Shown: positions 23,525-36,300 of the stretch, in pieces
Layout of the letters: the number at the start of each line of letters is the position of its first letter
How positions within the stretch are numbered: the stretch's first letter is position 1
NCBI GenBank assembly: GCA_002269645.1
Contig: NIVC01003081.1
Span: 1 to 64,000, forward strand
Length of the DNA stretch: 64,000 nt
Direction of reading: 5' to 3'
Origin: Macrostomum lignano
Taxonomy: Eukaryota
Made by a program: the position numbers and the translations under genes
The notes under the pieces: model-generated
The model's database searches: none
What the model was told of the DNA's origin: nothing
The model's input: the letters and a program-made list of their open reading frames with translations, nothing else

Positions 23525-23712
23525 TTGAGGGGGAGGCGCCATTTCATTTTGAGGGAGGCGCCATTTTATTTTGAGGGCGAGGCGCCATTTTATTTTGAGG
23601 TAGGCGCCATTTCATTTTGAGGGGTAGGCGCCATTTCATTTTGAGGGGTAGGCGCCATTTTATTTTGAGGGGGAGGCGCCATTTCATTTTGAGGGAGGCG
23701 CCATTTCATTTT
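23525..23712. repeat. ~22-23-bp minisatellite with GGCGCC core (GGCGCCATTTCATTTTGAGGGGA)
   Basis: Directly visible. Confidence 0.9.
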
Positions 23713-23724
23713 GATCTATAAAAG

Positions 23725-24020
23725 GAAATCCCATTTAGGAGTAAAAATCCCAATCTACAATAGGAAATCCCATTAGGGGATAAGAATCCCAATCTACAAT
23801 AGGAAATCCCATTAGGGGATAAGAATCCCAATGTACAATAGGAGATCCCATTAGGGGATAAGAATCCCAATCTACAATAGGAAATCCCATTAGGGGATAA
23901 GAATCCCAATCTACAATAGGAAATCCCATTAGGGGATAAGAATCCCAATCTACAATAGGAATCCCATTAGGGGATAAGAATCCCAATCTACAATAGGAGA
24001 TCCCATTAGGGGATAAGAAT
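23725..24020. repeat. 39-bp minisatellite (AATCCCAATCTACAATAGGAAATCCCATTAGGGGATAAG)n
   Basis: Directly visible, abutting the previous array. Confidence 0.92.
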
Positions 24021-24484
24021 CCCCTACAATCTTGTGTCTACTAGCCTACTAAATTCGTCTTGCTTGCAGCGATGACCCTGGAAACATGCGATTCTCTTCA
24101 TTTTTTCCTTCTAGAATATTCGAAAATTGTAAGAAACTCCCGGAAGATAATTAGCTGATGGGGCAGGCAGGTGTGGCGCAGGAAATTGGCTCTCACAATC
24201 ATTGTTCTCTATTTCTGGTGCGGCAAAAACGCAGGTGTGTCACGTGATTTGGCTTCTGCTTCGGGACTTAAGCTCGTCACTCGAATAGCTACTTGATAAA
24301 CTCGAGAAAATCTTTAAGGTTTCCAGATTCCAAGCAGGATTTTATTGACTTGCCTTTTTATTCTATTTTTACCATTTTCAAGAGCCGCAGGTGCCGCTAC
24401 TGCAGAGCTGCTCAAGATAATTGGCTCCAGGCACCGAGAGGCAAAGCAGAGTCACTCGAGCTGACAGACTCTTCTGACAAAAAC

Positions 24485-25382
24485 TCTAGTTGTGACCATG
24501 GACTGTAGTTGTGACCATGGACTGTAGTTGTGACCATGGACTGTAGTTGTGACCATGGACTCTAGTTGTGACCATGGAGTCACTCTAGTTGTGACCATGG
24601 ACTCTAGTTGTGACCATGGACTGTAGTTGTGACCATGGACTGTAGTTGTGACCATGGACTGTAGTTGTCACCATGGACTCTAGTTGTGACCATGGACCGT
24701 AGTTGTGACCATGGACTCTAGTTGTGACCATAGAGTCACTCTAGTTGTGACCATGGATTGTAGTTGTGACCGTGGACTCACTCTAGTTGTGACCGTGGAC
24801 TCACTCTAGTTGTGACCATGGACTGTAGTTGTGACCATGGACTGTATTTGTGACCGTGGACTCACTCTAGTTGTGACCATGGACTGTAGTTGTGACCATG
24901 GACTGTAGTTGTGACCGTGGACTCACTCTAGTTGTGACCATGGACTGTAGTTGTGACCATGGACTGTAGTTGTGACCGTGGACTCACTCTAGTTGTGACC
25001 ATGGACTGTAGTTGTGACCATGGACTGTAGTTGTGACCTTGGACTCACTCTAGTTGTGACCGTGGACTCACTCTAGTTGTGACCATGGACTGTAGTTGTG
25101 ACCATGGATTGTAGTTGTGACCATGGACTGTAGTTGTGACCATGGACTGTAGTTGTGACCATGGACTGTAGTTGTGACCGTGGACTCACTCTAGTTGTGA
25201 CCGTGGACTCACTCTAGTTGTGACCATGGACTGTAGTTGTGACCATGGACTGTAGTTGTGACCGTGGACTCACTCTAGTTGTGACAATGGACTGTAGTTG
25301 TGACAATGGATTGTAGTTGTAACCATGGACTGTAGTTGTCACCATGGACTGTAGTTGTGACAATGGACTGTAGTTTTAACCA
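24485..25382. repeat. 19/23-bp minisatellite (TAGTTGTGACCATGGACTG / ...GGACTCACTC)n
   Basis: Two interspersed unit variants. Confidence 0.97.
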
Positions 25383-25974
25383 TAGGCCCGGGTTTGCGGG
25401 AAGTGGATAGAGAATATCACCAATCAGAACACAACCAGGTCACTTTTTGTTAATAACTTTGAAGATTTTATTGAAATTTTACCAAGTCAAAAATATCAAC
25501 TTGCAACAGGACACACGCGGAGTCGCTAAGCGCAGATCAAGTGCATATTTATAGTGAAATAGTCTATCATCTAGGAATTTAGCTTAAGCCTAATTGTTTT
25601 GCATTGGATAAGTATAATAGTTAGTAAATATTACGCACAATACTGAATAATCGAAATGCACCCCGTGAACGACGCAGAAAGACCAAATGACTGATGGACA
25701 GCTCTGCCCTCCCCTCTGCCCCCGCTGTCGCAGCGAAGGCAGAAATTAATTGACTTCGCGGGCAGCAAAATTGATGATGGATATGCAGGGAGGGTCAAGA
25801 CGGTCGGAACCGGCCACTCTCCAGCTGAGAAAATTGACCCAGCTGTTGAACTGGACTGGACTGGATGCACCTGCCGCGTCAGGCGGGTTGCGGCGCTTTG
25901 AAGGTCACGCACCAGGGGATTGAGTGAGCAATTAGGGGATCAGGTAGTCAAGAATTAGAGGATTACGGTGACCG

Positions 25975-26790
25975 AAATTAGGGGATTAATTAACTGGGAA
26001 TTAGGGGATTAATTAACTGAGAATTAGGGGATTGATTAACTGGGAATTAGGGGATTAATTAACTGGGAATTAGGGGATTAATTAACTGGGAATTAGGGGA
26101 TTGATTAACTGGGAATTAGGGGATTAATTAACTGGGAATTAGGGGATTAATTAACTGGGAATTAGGGGATTAATTAACTGGGAATTAGGGGATTAATTAA
26201 CTGGGAATTAGGGGATGAATTAACTGGGAATTAGGGTATGAATTAACTGGGGAATTAATTAGGGAATTAATGGCCAGGAATTATGGGATGAATTAACCAG
26301 GAATTAGGGGATTAATTAACCAGGAATTAGGGGATGAATTAGCCAGGAATTAGGGGATAAATTAACCAGGAATTAGGGGATGAATTAGACAGAAATTAGG
26401 GGATAAATTAACCAGGAATTAGGGGATGAATTAGACAGAAATTAGGGGATGAATTAACCAGGAATTAGGGAATTAATGGCCAGGAATTATGGGATGAATT
26501 AACCAGGAATTAGGGGATGAATTAACCAGGAATTAGGGGATGAATTAACCAGGAATTAGGGGATGAATTAACCAGGAATTAGGGGATGAATTAACCAGGA
26601 ATTAGTGGATTGATTAACCATGAATTAGGAGATGAATTAACCAGGAATTAGGGAATGAATTAGACAGAAATTAGGGGATGAATTAACCAGGAATTAGTGG
26701 ATTGATTAACCATGAATTAGGAGATGAATTAACCAGGAATTAGGGAATGAATTAGACAGAAATTAGGGGATTAATTAACCTGAATTAAAC
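25975..26790. repeat. 23-bp minisatellite (GAATTAGGGGATTAATTAACTGG)n grading into a ...GATGAATTAACCAG variant
   Basis: Directly visible. Confidence 0.95.
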
Positions 26791-27749
26791 TGACATCAAT
26801 TAGGGATTAAGGAGTAAATATAATTCAGGCATTTACGTTGTTGTAGAATTAGGCAATTTTGGGGCCAGAAATTAGGGTATTAAAGTTTTTTATTGGGCTG
26901 TTCAATGAAAAGCGTTAAAATTCATTTAATTCAAAGCTAAAATTCAAAAAAGGTTTTTCAAAATTTTTCAAGATTTTTTTTGCTTCGTAGATTGATGCGT
27001 AAATATGTTCGGCATCTGAGCAGGGATTGGAGATCATATATTTAGTGAATCTTGTGGACGATCAAGGAGCCCAGAGATTAAGGATGCGAATGGCCACCAC
27101 CCACGCTCTCTTTAGGGTTGGGTTGGCTCTCTCATCCCCATTCCCGTCTCCCCTCGATCTGTCTGAGATCCCGGACGCATAACTAAAAGATCTCGGAACC
27201 CAAATTTGTGTGGGAGGGTGCCCTGGCTTCCTGCTTACGTCCTATCTCGTTTATCAAACCCCGCCCCCACGAGCACCGGCTCTGACTCCGTGTCATAAAA
27301 CTATAAACCCCCCCTTGGCGTCATTAAGTGCAACAAGGCTTGTATGATGCTAGCAGAGGAAAGAGTACATAGTCTTTATTTGAGGTTTTATAGTAGAAAA
27401 CGAATCACGTGACTCGCGATTTATTGATATCCAAGTTGGCAAGCTGCTAACTGCGCAGGACTGAACTTGCACTTTTGTGAGACTCGACTGAACAGAACGC
27501 GGCTGGATTCTGTCAGCTGATTATAGCTCTTACTGGTGACTTTACTGCTTAGCAAATATAACTTTACCTATATTTGCTTGGAACTTGTCTTATGTCTATT
27601 GCTCTCAAAAAATTACAAGAATCGAATGAGTAAACGTTTTTACTTTAATATTGTTTCAATGCAAGCCTGCCTTTTGAATACTTTTATATTGACAAATATT
27701 TACATGAAGCAATTAAGAGCACACATTGTAGGCTTGAACAAGACGCATA

Positions 27750-28430
27750 TTGTGCTTTGGGGGCAGGGGTGTCGGGTTGTAAGTGTGGGGGTGGTTGTGT
27801 GGAGCCATTGCGCTCGGGGGGGGGGCAGGGTGCTGGGGTGTGAAGTGTGGGGGAGGGGTTTGTGTGGAGCTATTGTGCTTTGGGGGCCAGGGTGCTGGGG
27901 TGTGAAGTGTGGGGGGAGGGGTTTGTGTGGAGCTATTGCGCTTTGGGGGCCAGGGTGCTGGGGTGTGAAGTGTGGGGGAGGGGTTTGTGTGGAGCTATTG
28001 CGCTTTGGGGGCCAGGGTGCTGGGGTGTGAAGTGTGGGGGGAGGGGTTTGTGTGGACTGTGGAGCTATTGCGCTTTGGGGGCCAGGGTGCTGGGGTGTGA
28101 AGTGTGGGGGAGGGGTTTGTGTGGAGCTATTGTGCTTTGGGGCCAGGGTGCTGGGTGTGAAGTGTGGGGGGAGGGGTTTGTGTGGACTGTGGAGCTATTG
28201 CGCCTTGGGGGCCAGGGTGCTGGGGTGTGAAGTGTGGGGGGAGGGGTTTGTGTGGAGCTATTGTGCTTTGGGGGCCAGGGTGCTGGGGTGTGAAGTGTGG
28301 GGGGAGGGGTTTGTGTGGAGCTATTGTGCTTTGGGGGCCAGGGTGCTGGGGTGTGAAGTGTGGGGGGAGGGGTTTGTGTGGAGCTATTGCGCTTTTGGGG
28401 GCCAGGGTGCTGGGGTGTGAAATGTGGGGG
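27750..28430. repeat. ~62-bp G-rich minisatellite
   Basis: Units GGGGTGTGAAGTGTGGGGGAGGGGTTTGTGTGGAGCTATTGTGCTTTGGGGGCCAGGGTGCT. Confidence 0.92.
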
Positions 28431-28646
28431 GGGGTGTGCAGCTTCGGGAGCAAAGTACAAAGCTAGAATAAAACTTTACAAAGCAACAGAGCGCGGATTG
28501 ATCTATGCTCGTGAATATATAGACGGTAAACTCCGTTATAAGCGAAGCATTAGTACACTCGGGATAATTAGAACCATTTGTGCGACAACAACAATTCGTA
28601 ACAATCAGTTTGATTTTTATGTATACGAGTATACGTAGTCAGTGTT

Positions 28647-29771
28647 TTAAAAGTGAAAGTCTAAACTATCATCCGATGCCTGCCCAGAGATGGCACAGCC
28701 GCCGGTACAGCAGCAACTTTCCAGAATTTTCGAGAATTTCCGTCTCAGATAGTCCAAGCAGTTTCTGGCCCTCCGCTTGCAGAGCTGATTGCCGCACAGC
28801 ACATAAGCGAACGGATCCAGCGCGCTATTAATGTGAACTAATAACTCCAGGTAGAAATTGCAGCGCCGATAGGCTGGCTCGCTAATCCGGATGAAGAGGC
28901 TCCAGTCTCCCAGGGCGGCTAGAACAGCTTGGGGCAGTCGGCATGCGATAAACAGCAGCACGAGAACCAGCAGAGTTCTCAGCGCTCTGCGATGCTGCCT
29001 GGCCAAACAGTCGCCTTTCACCTGGAGATGCATCTCGTCCGAGTTTCTCTGCCGAAGGTATCGACGATAATTAGCGTCGATAGAGTGACTCTGAAGTGAA
29101 GTCTGCTGCTGCTGCTGCTGCTGCTGCTGCACAGATAGCAGCGCCGACAGAGAAGTCTTCCGACAGTCAACCGGCACCCGACGCCCGCTAATCTTTATTC
29201 GCCGACTAACAATCAGATTGCAGGTGGCCAGGACGGTCAAGGCTAGGAGAAACTCCGACGCGATGTGCACTCGTTGAAGCAGATTCTGCAATTTGGAGCT
29301 GTTCCAGTCTGCTGGGAGCAGCAGACTCGGAGTCTGGCCCGCCAGAGCCACCAGCCACAGCACCGCGCAGGTGAGCAGCGGCGTAATCCTTGAGCTGGCG
29401 ATCTTCCGCTGGCGGGCCATCGGCCTGATGACCTGTTCGGCTCGATCAACCGTCACAGCGACCACCGCCCACACCGAGGCCGACTGTGCGCCCCTGACTG
29501 CCGCCTCTGTCCATCGGTGAGCACCCTCGGTCCACACGTACAGGTACCAGGTGCCGGGGGCGAGCAGAGCCAGGGTCAGGTCGGCTAGCGCCAAGTTGCT
29601 CAGGAAAATTTTTCGACGAGTGGACCGAGTTGACGATGTGCTGGTGGCCAGAGCCGCCAGGTTGGCCAGCGAGCCCACTAGAAAACTCAGCAGAGTCGCG
29701 GATGCGAGAATTGAAGCTTCCACAGGTTGGACAGCGGAGCTTGTGAAGTTTGCCTCAGCGAAGTCTGGCAT
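28647..29771 (-). CDS. Intronless class A (rhodopsin-like) GPCR, orphan
   Basis: First ATG at 29771, preceded by a pyrimidine-rich ..TTGGCAG acceptor. Seven hydrophobic spans with GSLAN (TM1), LSNLALADL (TM2), VTVDRA (DRY-like), W in TM4, FIACRLP (TM6), HINSALDPFAY (TM7); polyQ in ICL3. Confidence 0.88.
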   Translation of the reverse strand: MPDFAEANFTSSAVQPVEASILASATLLSFLVGSLANLAALATSTSSTRSTRRKIFLSNLALADLTLALLAPGTWYLYVWTEGAHRWTEAAVRGAQSASVWAVVAVTVDRAEQVIRPMARQRKIASSRITPLLTCAVLWLVALAGQTPSLLLPADWNSSKLQNLLQRVHIASEFLLALTVLATCNLIVSRRIKISGRRVPVDCRKTSLSALLSVQQQQQQQQQTSLQSHSIDANYRRYLRQRNSDEMHLQVKGDCLARQHRRALRTLLVLVLLFIACRLPQAVLAALGDWSLFIRISEPAYRRCNFYLELLVHINSALDPFAYVLCGNQLCKRRARNCLDYLRRKFSKILESCCCTGGCAISGQASDDSLDFHF

Positions 29772-30164
29772 TCTGCCAATAGAGAATGATACACTCGCGC
29801 TGATAGTGAAGTGTCTTGGAAAAAGCAAGACAGAGAGAACTGCGCACTTGCCCCAATGGGAGGCCTGCAGGTGGCTTTATATAGACTGAGGCAAATGGCT
29901 ACCTCGGGATGAGGATAAGAAGGCTTAGAAGCCAATAGGAATCGCTTGCGGATGGCGGATACGGGCGGCCAATGTACTGAATTATTAAGCGTCCTGCAAC
30001 AGATATCCTTTATCTGTATGTTAGAGGCCAAGGCATTTCCAAGGTTATATCCTCTTGGGATGAGGTCATGACTAAACTGGGATTCCAGAGGCCAGACGGA
30101 TGTCACGGGTTGTCGTGAGGCGATGTCGTGGATTGAAGATCAGATCGGGTTAGAAAATCACCAG

Positions 30165-30470
30165 GATAGGGCACTGAAGTGAAGAGAAAAAGGGGCACTG
30201 AAAAACAGAGGAAAGGGCACTGAAGTAAAGAGGAAAGGGGCACTGAAGTACAGAGGAAAGGGGCACTGAAGTGAAGAGGAAAGGGGCACTGAAGTACACT
30301 GAAGTACAGAGGAAAGGGGCACTGAAAAACAAAGGAAAGGGGCACTGAAGTACAGAGCTAAGGGGCACTGAAGTACAGAGCGAAGGGGCACTGAAGTACA
30401 GAGCGAAGGGGCACTGAAGTACAGAGCGAAGGGGCACTGAAGTACAGAGGAAAGGGGCACTGAAGTAAAG
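30165..30470. repeat. ~23-bp minisatellite (GGGGCACTGAAGTACAGAGGAAA)n
   Basis: Directly visible. Confidence 0.9.
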
Positions 30471-30834
30471 GACGAATGTATTTTACCTTGAACATAGCGG
30501 TTTATTTATTTGCTTTTCATTCATCTTTTTCCGTTGAGAAAATTTCCGTATAACCACCCAGAAATTTGAGGGCGCACACGTGGCTAAATATTGGAACAAT
30601 TTCGCCACAATCATTGCCCCACAGCTGGTTATAAATGCTTCATATCAGCAAGCATCGGGCGCATCCGTATTCCAGTTCATCGCTAGGCATCGCAGATGTC
30701 CCCATTGAACTTTCAGGGTAGAAAATACTGGCTCTCGCGGTAATCGGGTAATGCAGCTGTGCAATCAAGGAGCTTTCAATTGCGCAAATGGTGGATACAA
30801 GGGCATGGTTAAAAGAACGTAGTTCCAGTACCAG

Positions 30835-31620
30835 GAGGGAGAGAGAGGGAGATAGGAAGACGGGAAGAGGGTGAGAGGAGGACAGGGAGAGAGTGAAAAG
30901 TGAGAGAGGGAGAGTGTGAGACAATGCGAGGGAGAGGGTGAGAGGGGGAGAGGGCGAGAGAGGAAGAGGGTGAGAGAGGAAGAGGGTGAGAGAGGGAGAG
31001 GGTGAGAGAGGGAGAGGGTGAGAGAGGGAGAGGGTGAGAGAGGGAGAGGGTGAGAGAGGGAGAGGGTGGGAGAGGGAGAGGGTGGGAGAGGGAGAGGGTG
31101 AGATAGGGAGAGGGTGAGAGAGGAAGAGGGTGACAGAGGGAGAGGGTGGGAGAGGAAGAGGGTGACAGAGGGAGAAGGTGAGAGAGGAAGAGGGTGACAG
31201 AGGGAGAGGGTGAGAGAGGAAGAGGGTGACAGAGGGAGAGGGTGAGAGAGGAAGAGGGTGACAGAGGGAGAGGGTGGGAGAGGAAGAGGGTGACAGAGGG
31301 AGAGGGTGAGAGAGGAAGAGGGTGACAGAGGGAGAGGGTGAGAGAGGAAGAGGGTGACAGAGGGAGAGGGTGAGAGAGGAAGAGGGTGACAGAGGAAGAG
31401 GGCGAGAGAGGAAGAGGGTGACAGAGGGAGAGGGTGAGAGAGGAAGAGGGTGACAGAGGGAGAAGGTGAGAGAGGAAGAGGGTGACAGAGGGAGAGGGTG
31501 AGAGAGGAAGAGGGTGACAGAGGGAGAAGGTGAGAGAGGAAGAGGGTGACAGAGGGAGAGGGTGAGAGAGGGAGAGGGTGACAGAGGGAGAGGGTGAGAG
31601 AGGGAGAGGGCGAGAGAGGG
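30835..31620. repeat. GA-rich ~20-bp minisatellite
   Basis: GAGAGGAAGAGGGTGACAGAGG-type units. Confidence 0.9.
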
Positions 31621-31902
31621 AGAGCCGTACAGCCTGGAGCTGCTCAGACAATGGCAATAGCAGTTGCCTCTTCTGAATCTAGAAATATTTCGGAGAGCCT
31701 TAGCAAAAAAACGACACAGGCAGCTAATCAGTCAGATGAAGCGCAGCGGCTCGCAGTTCCCTGGTGGTCTTTTGATCTTTTTTGCTCAGCCGAAAGCTGC
31801 TTTGTTCTGCCTCTGCCAGTGTCTGCACCTGCCCTGCAAATCCTTCACTGCGGGAATTTTTTAACAGCGTCAGTTTTTTTCGCCGAAAAAGTAAAGCATT
31901 GC

Positions 31903-32156
31903 ATGCCACTGCTCACAGGGGGAATTGCTGAGATGCCACTGCTCACAGGGGGAATTGCTGAGATGCCACTGCTCACAGGGGGAATTGCTGAGATGCCACT
32001 GCTCACAGGGGGAATTGCTGAGATGCCACTGCTCACAGGGGGAATTGCTGAGATGCCACTGCTCACAGGGGGAATTGCTGAGATGCCACTGCTCACAGGG
32101 GGAATTGCTGAGATGCCACTGCTCACAGGGGGAATTGCTGAGATGCCACTGCTCAC
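31903..32156. repeat. Perfect 30-bp minisatellite x8.5 (ATGCCACTGCTCACAGGGGGAATTGCTGAG)
   Basis: Identical units. Confidence 0.97.
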
Positions 32157-33161
32157 TCAATGAAGTGCTCTCTCAATTTTGTTAAAAATGGGTAATGCAA
32201 AAAGCAAAATCAAATCTAGAAATTATGCACAAACAAAGGTCAGCAATGGTTCTGTGGAATTGTCAATTGAACTGCAAGAATTTAGCCACAAATTAAAGTT
32301 ATTCTGGTAGTAAATTGCAATGGCATCAGTGCCGGAGGTTCTGGCGGCACTCCCGCAAATAATGGGATGGTACACTGTGGCTAATGGGATGGTACACTGT
32401 GGCTAATGGGATGGTACACTGTGGCTAATGGGATGGTACACTGTGGCTAATGGGATGGTACACTGTGGCTAATGGGATGGTACACTGTGGCTAATGGGAT
32501 GGTACACAGTGGCTAATGGGATAGTACACAGCAGCTAATGGGATCGTACAACGTTGCTAATGGTATAGTACACAGCAGCTAATGGGATGGTACACAGTGG
32601 CTAATGGGATAGTACACAGTAGCTAATGGGATCGTACAACGTTGCTAATGGGATAGTACACAGCAGCTAATGGGATGGTACACAGTGGCTAATGGGATGG
32701 TACACAGTGGCTAATGGGATAGTACACAGTAGCTAATGGGATCGTACAACGTTGCTAATGGGATAGTACACAGCAGCTAATGGGAATAGTACACAGTGGC
32801 TAATGGGATAGTACACAGCAGCTAATGGGAATAGTACACAGTAGCTAATGGGATGGTACACCGTTGCTAATGGAGATGGTACACATTGGCTAATGGGATA
32901 GTACACAGCAGCTAATGGAGATGGTACACAGTGGCTAATGGGATAGTACACAGCAGCTAATGGGAATAGTACACAGTGGCTAATGGGAATAGTACACAGT
33001 GGCTAATGGGAATAGTACACAGTGGCTAATAGGATAGTACATGTTCTGTTGTTGAATTAACGAACGCAGAAACAAGATAGATAATTATCCGGGCGCTCAG
33101 TGGCACCAAAAGAGGGCTTGGCCAATAGGAGGGCGGCTCGTATATTTATGCACGCGGGGAA

Positions 33162-33238
33162 GGAAAGTTCTAGAAAGACCGGGGAAGGAAACTTCTGGAA
33201 CTATGCGTAAACAAGTCCGCGGTGGAAGTTTCTAGAAA
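33162..33238. promoter_or_regulatory. Three perfect heat-shock elements in the 3' LTR
   Basis: GAA-AG-TTC-TA-GAA (33162-33176), GAA-AC-TTC-TG-GAA (33187-33201), GAA-GT-TTC-TA-GAA (33224-33238). Confidence 0.8.
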
Positions 33239-33337
33239 CGCTGTCCCCGAACTACCCCTACGCATCGCATGCCTTTGCAATACACAACATTCTTCCCCTC
33301 CTTCAAGGAGTCCAACAGTCCCCAAGCTTCACTTTAA

Positions 33338-36300
33338 TCAGTCCCAGCGGCAGTTCATGAAGCGTATCGGCGGGTGCCTGGCTCGCTCAGATCGGCGGGG
33401 CGCTGCTGTTCTTGCCGGAGGCTCCGCCGCCGGTGCCGCCGGTGCCGCCGTGCCGGCTCCGGTCGTTGGCGCCGAGTCCACCAGTGGGTCGAACCGCTCT
33501 CTCGGCTGCGCCGGGTGCGGTGTTCGGATCAGCCGCTGCTGGTTCCATCTGGTGCCGTCGCTGAGCTCGACCGCGTGGTGTCCCGCCTGACGGAGCACTT
33601 GTAGTGGCCGTGAGAGGCGGGTACCCAGCTTGCCCTTCTTGGTGGGCCGTCGGATTCTCACCCAATCGCCGGGGTGGAACGTCTCGGGGCGGGCCCTTCG
33701 TCTGGCATCGGTGTAGGCCTTGATCCGCTGCTGCCGCGCCTCGATTTGCTGCCGCAGTGCCTGAGGCGTCGCCTCGGTCGTTGTCATTCCCCCTCCGGGA
33801 GACAGCATGGTGATCGCGGTGCGCCAATTCCGACCCAGCATGAGCTCGGCCGGTGACTTGCCCGTCAGGCTGTGCTTGGAGCTCCGGTAGGCAGACAAGA
33901 AGTTGGTCACGGCGTCTTGAAACGGCCTGTTCTCCGCCATGGCCGCTCTGATGCTGGCGAGCAGCGACCGATTGAGACGCTCCGTCTGGCCGTTGGTTTG
34001 CGGATGGTAGAGGCTGGTCTTGACGTGCCGGATGCCCTGCTCGGCCAAGAAGTCCGAGAACTCGCTGCCAAACTGCGGGCCGTTGTCCGTCAGCACCTTC
34101 TCGCACAGCCCCCACCTTGCGAACAGGCTGCGCATCGCACGGCAGATGGTCTCCGTGGTGATGCTGGCCGTCGGGATGACCTCCGGCCACTTGCTGTGCA
34201 GGTCCGTCACGACGATGAGGTACCTGCTAGAGGCCGGCGCCGCCTGCAGTTCTCCGACGATGTCCACGGCGATCTCTGCCCATGGTGAATCTGGCCAGCG
34301 TATGGTCTTGAGCGGGGCCGGACTGACCTTAAAGTTCTTCTCGGCTGTCTCGCACGCTACGCAGTGTCGCACGAAGGTCTCGACCGCCTTGTCCATGGCG
34401 GGCCACCAGACTGAGTCGCGGAGCGCCTGCTTGGTGCGCACGATGCCCTGGTGCCCTTCGTGAGCCTGCTCGAGAAGATGGCCGCGGAGAGACTCCGGGA
34501 TGACTGCTCTCTCCTGGAAGGCGAGGCATTTGCCGTTGTTCCAGACGCTGAGCTGTTCGCGCACCTTCCAGAGAGCCCGCAGCTCAACGTCGTCGATGTC
34601 AGCTGGCCACCGGCCGCTAAGGACGCTCCTGATGGCTGTCCTCAGTGTCTCGTCAGCTGCGGTCCCTGCGGTAAGTGCTTCCAGTGTGACCGCCTTGACT
34701 CTCGGGCCTGGAGTGTCGGGCAGGTGGATCAGGTTTAGCTCCGATCCGCTGCTCCACCGGGAAAGCAGATCGGCAACGTAGTTGCTGTTTCCTGGCAGGT
34801 AGCGCACGTGGAAGTCGTACTGCAGCAGCCGGTCGCACCACCTGTGGATCCGCAGTGGCCGGTGTCCCGTGCCGGTCGGTCCGAGAAGTAGCTGCTGCAG
34901 CGCCTGATGATCTGTGCGCAGCTCGAAGTGGCGACCGTAGAGGTAGAAATGCCACTTCTCCATCGCCAAGAGGCTAGCCAGTGCCTCGCGCTCGTTCGCG
35001 GCGTAGCGCTGTTCCGTCGTCGTCAGCGCTCGGGCGGCGAAGGCGACCGGTCGCTCGACGCCGTCCTGGATCTGCGACAGCTGGGCTCCGATGGCCTTGG
35101 CGCTGGCGTCCGTGGTGACAATAGTGTCGGCCTTCGGGTCGAAGTGGGCGAGCGTCGGTGCCTTGCTGATGGCGTCCTTCACTGCTTCGAACGCCCGTTG
35201 GCACTCCGGCGTCCAGTCGAAGTTGGAGTCGGCCTTCAGGAGCCTTCGAAGCGGCTCTGTGATGTCGGCGTAGTGCGGCACGAAGCGCATCAGGAAGTTA
35301 GCGGCGCCTAGGAATGACTTCAACGCCTTCTGATCTCCGGGCTGCCGGATGTCCCTGATGGCCGCTGTGGCTGACTCCGTTGGCCGGATGCCGGCCTCCG
35401 AGATCACGAATCCGAAGAATTCGACCTCTTTCTGCTTGAAGGCGCACTTCTGCTTGTTCACCGTCATGCCCTTGTCCTCGAGGCGCTGGAGCAACTTCTC
35501 CAGTCGTCGATCATGCTCCTCCTCGCTGCGCCCGTACACGATGAAGTCATCCAGGATGTGCTCCACTCCGTCGAGGTCGGCGGCCTGATCGTCGAGCATG
35601 CGCTGGAAAGCAGCTGGTGCCGATGCCAGGCCGAAGGGAACTCGACGATAGCGGAAGAGCCCCTTGTGCGTGATGAAGGCTGTCAGATTGCGGCTCGATT
35701 CATGCAGCTGCATCTGCATGTAGCCCGACTTCAGATCAATCTTGCTGAACACTCGGCCACGGCCTTTCTTGATCTTCGAGGCAATCTCGTCCAGCTGTGG
35801 CATCGGGTGCTTGTCGACGATCAGTGCCTTGTTCGGCTCGCGAACGTCGACGCAGATTCGGATGCTGCCATCCTTCTTCGCCGTCACCACTAGATTGGAG
35901 ACCCACTCGCTAGCGTTGACTCGCTCGATGATGCCGTCCTTCTCCATCTTGTCGAGTTCGGCACCGACCTGCTCCTGTCGCATGAGGGGCAGGCGGCGGA
36001 GTGGCTGCTGGACGGGTCGCACTGCTGGGTCGACCTTGGGCTGGTGTACAGCGCCGGCGCAGCATCCTATCGCACCGCTGAAGGTCGTTGGGTACCGCGC
36101 CTGCAAGTCCGCCGTCAAGTCGCTGACCTCCGCGATTCCGGGCGGCTGCCCGCTAAGGTCGACTCGGAAGCCCAGCTTCTCCATCAGGTCTCTACCGACG
36201 ATGTTGTCGCCGCCTGGCGCAACGAAGAACCGGTGCTGCATCGCCTTGTCGCCGTAGCGCACCTCCAGCTCGGTGACACCACTTAGCTGGATCGGCAGTC

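Noticed and set aside
22975-25912. Short ORFs or exon-like islands at ~22980-23215, 24293-24508 and 25631-25912
   Set aside because: Stops in candidate frames and no recognisable homology; could be UTR or non-coding exons but unsupported.
25975-26790. Interstitial telomere
   Set aside because: TTAGGGG occurs only inside a 23-bp unit; there is no (TTAGGG)n run.
30640-31909. Minus-strand ORFs upstream of the GPCR
   Set aside because: Partly repeat-derived with no motifs; at most 5' UTR exons of the GPCR.
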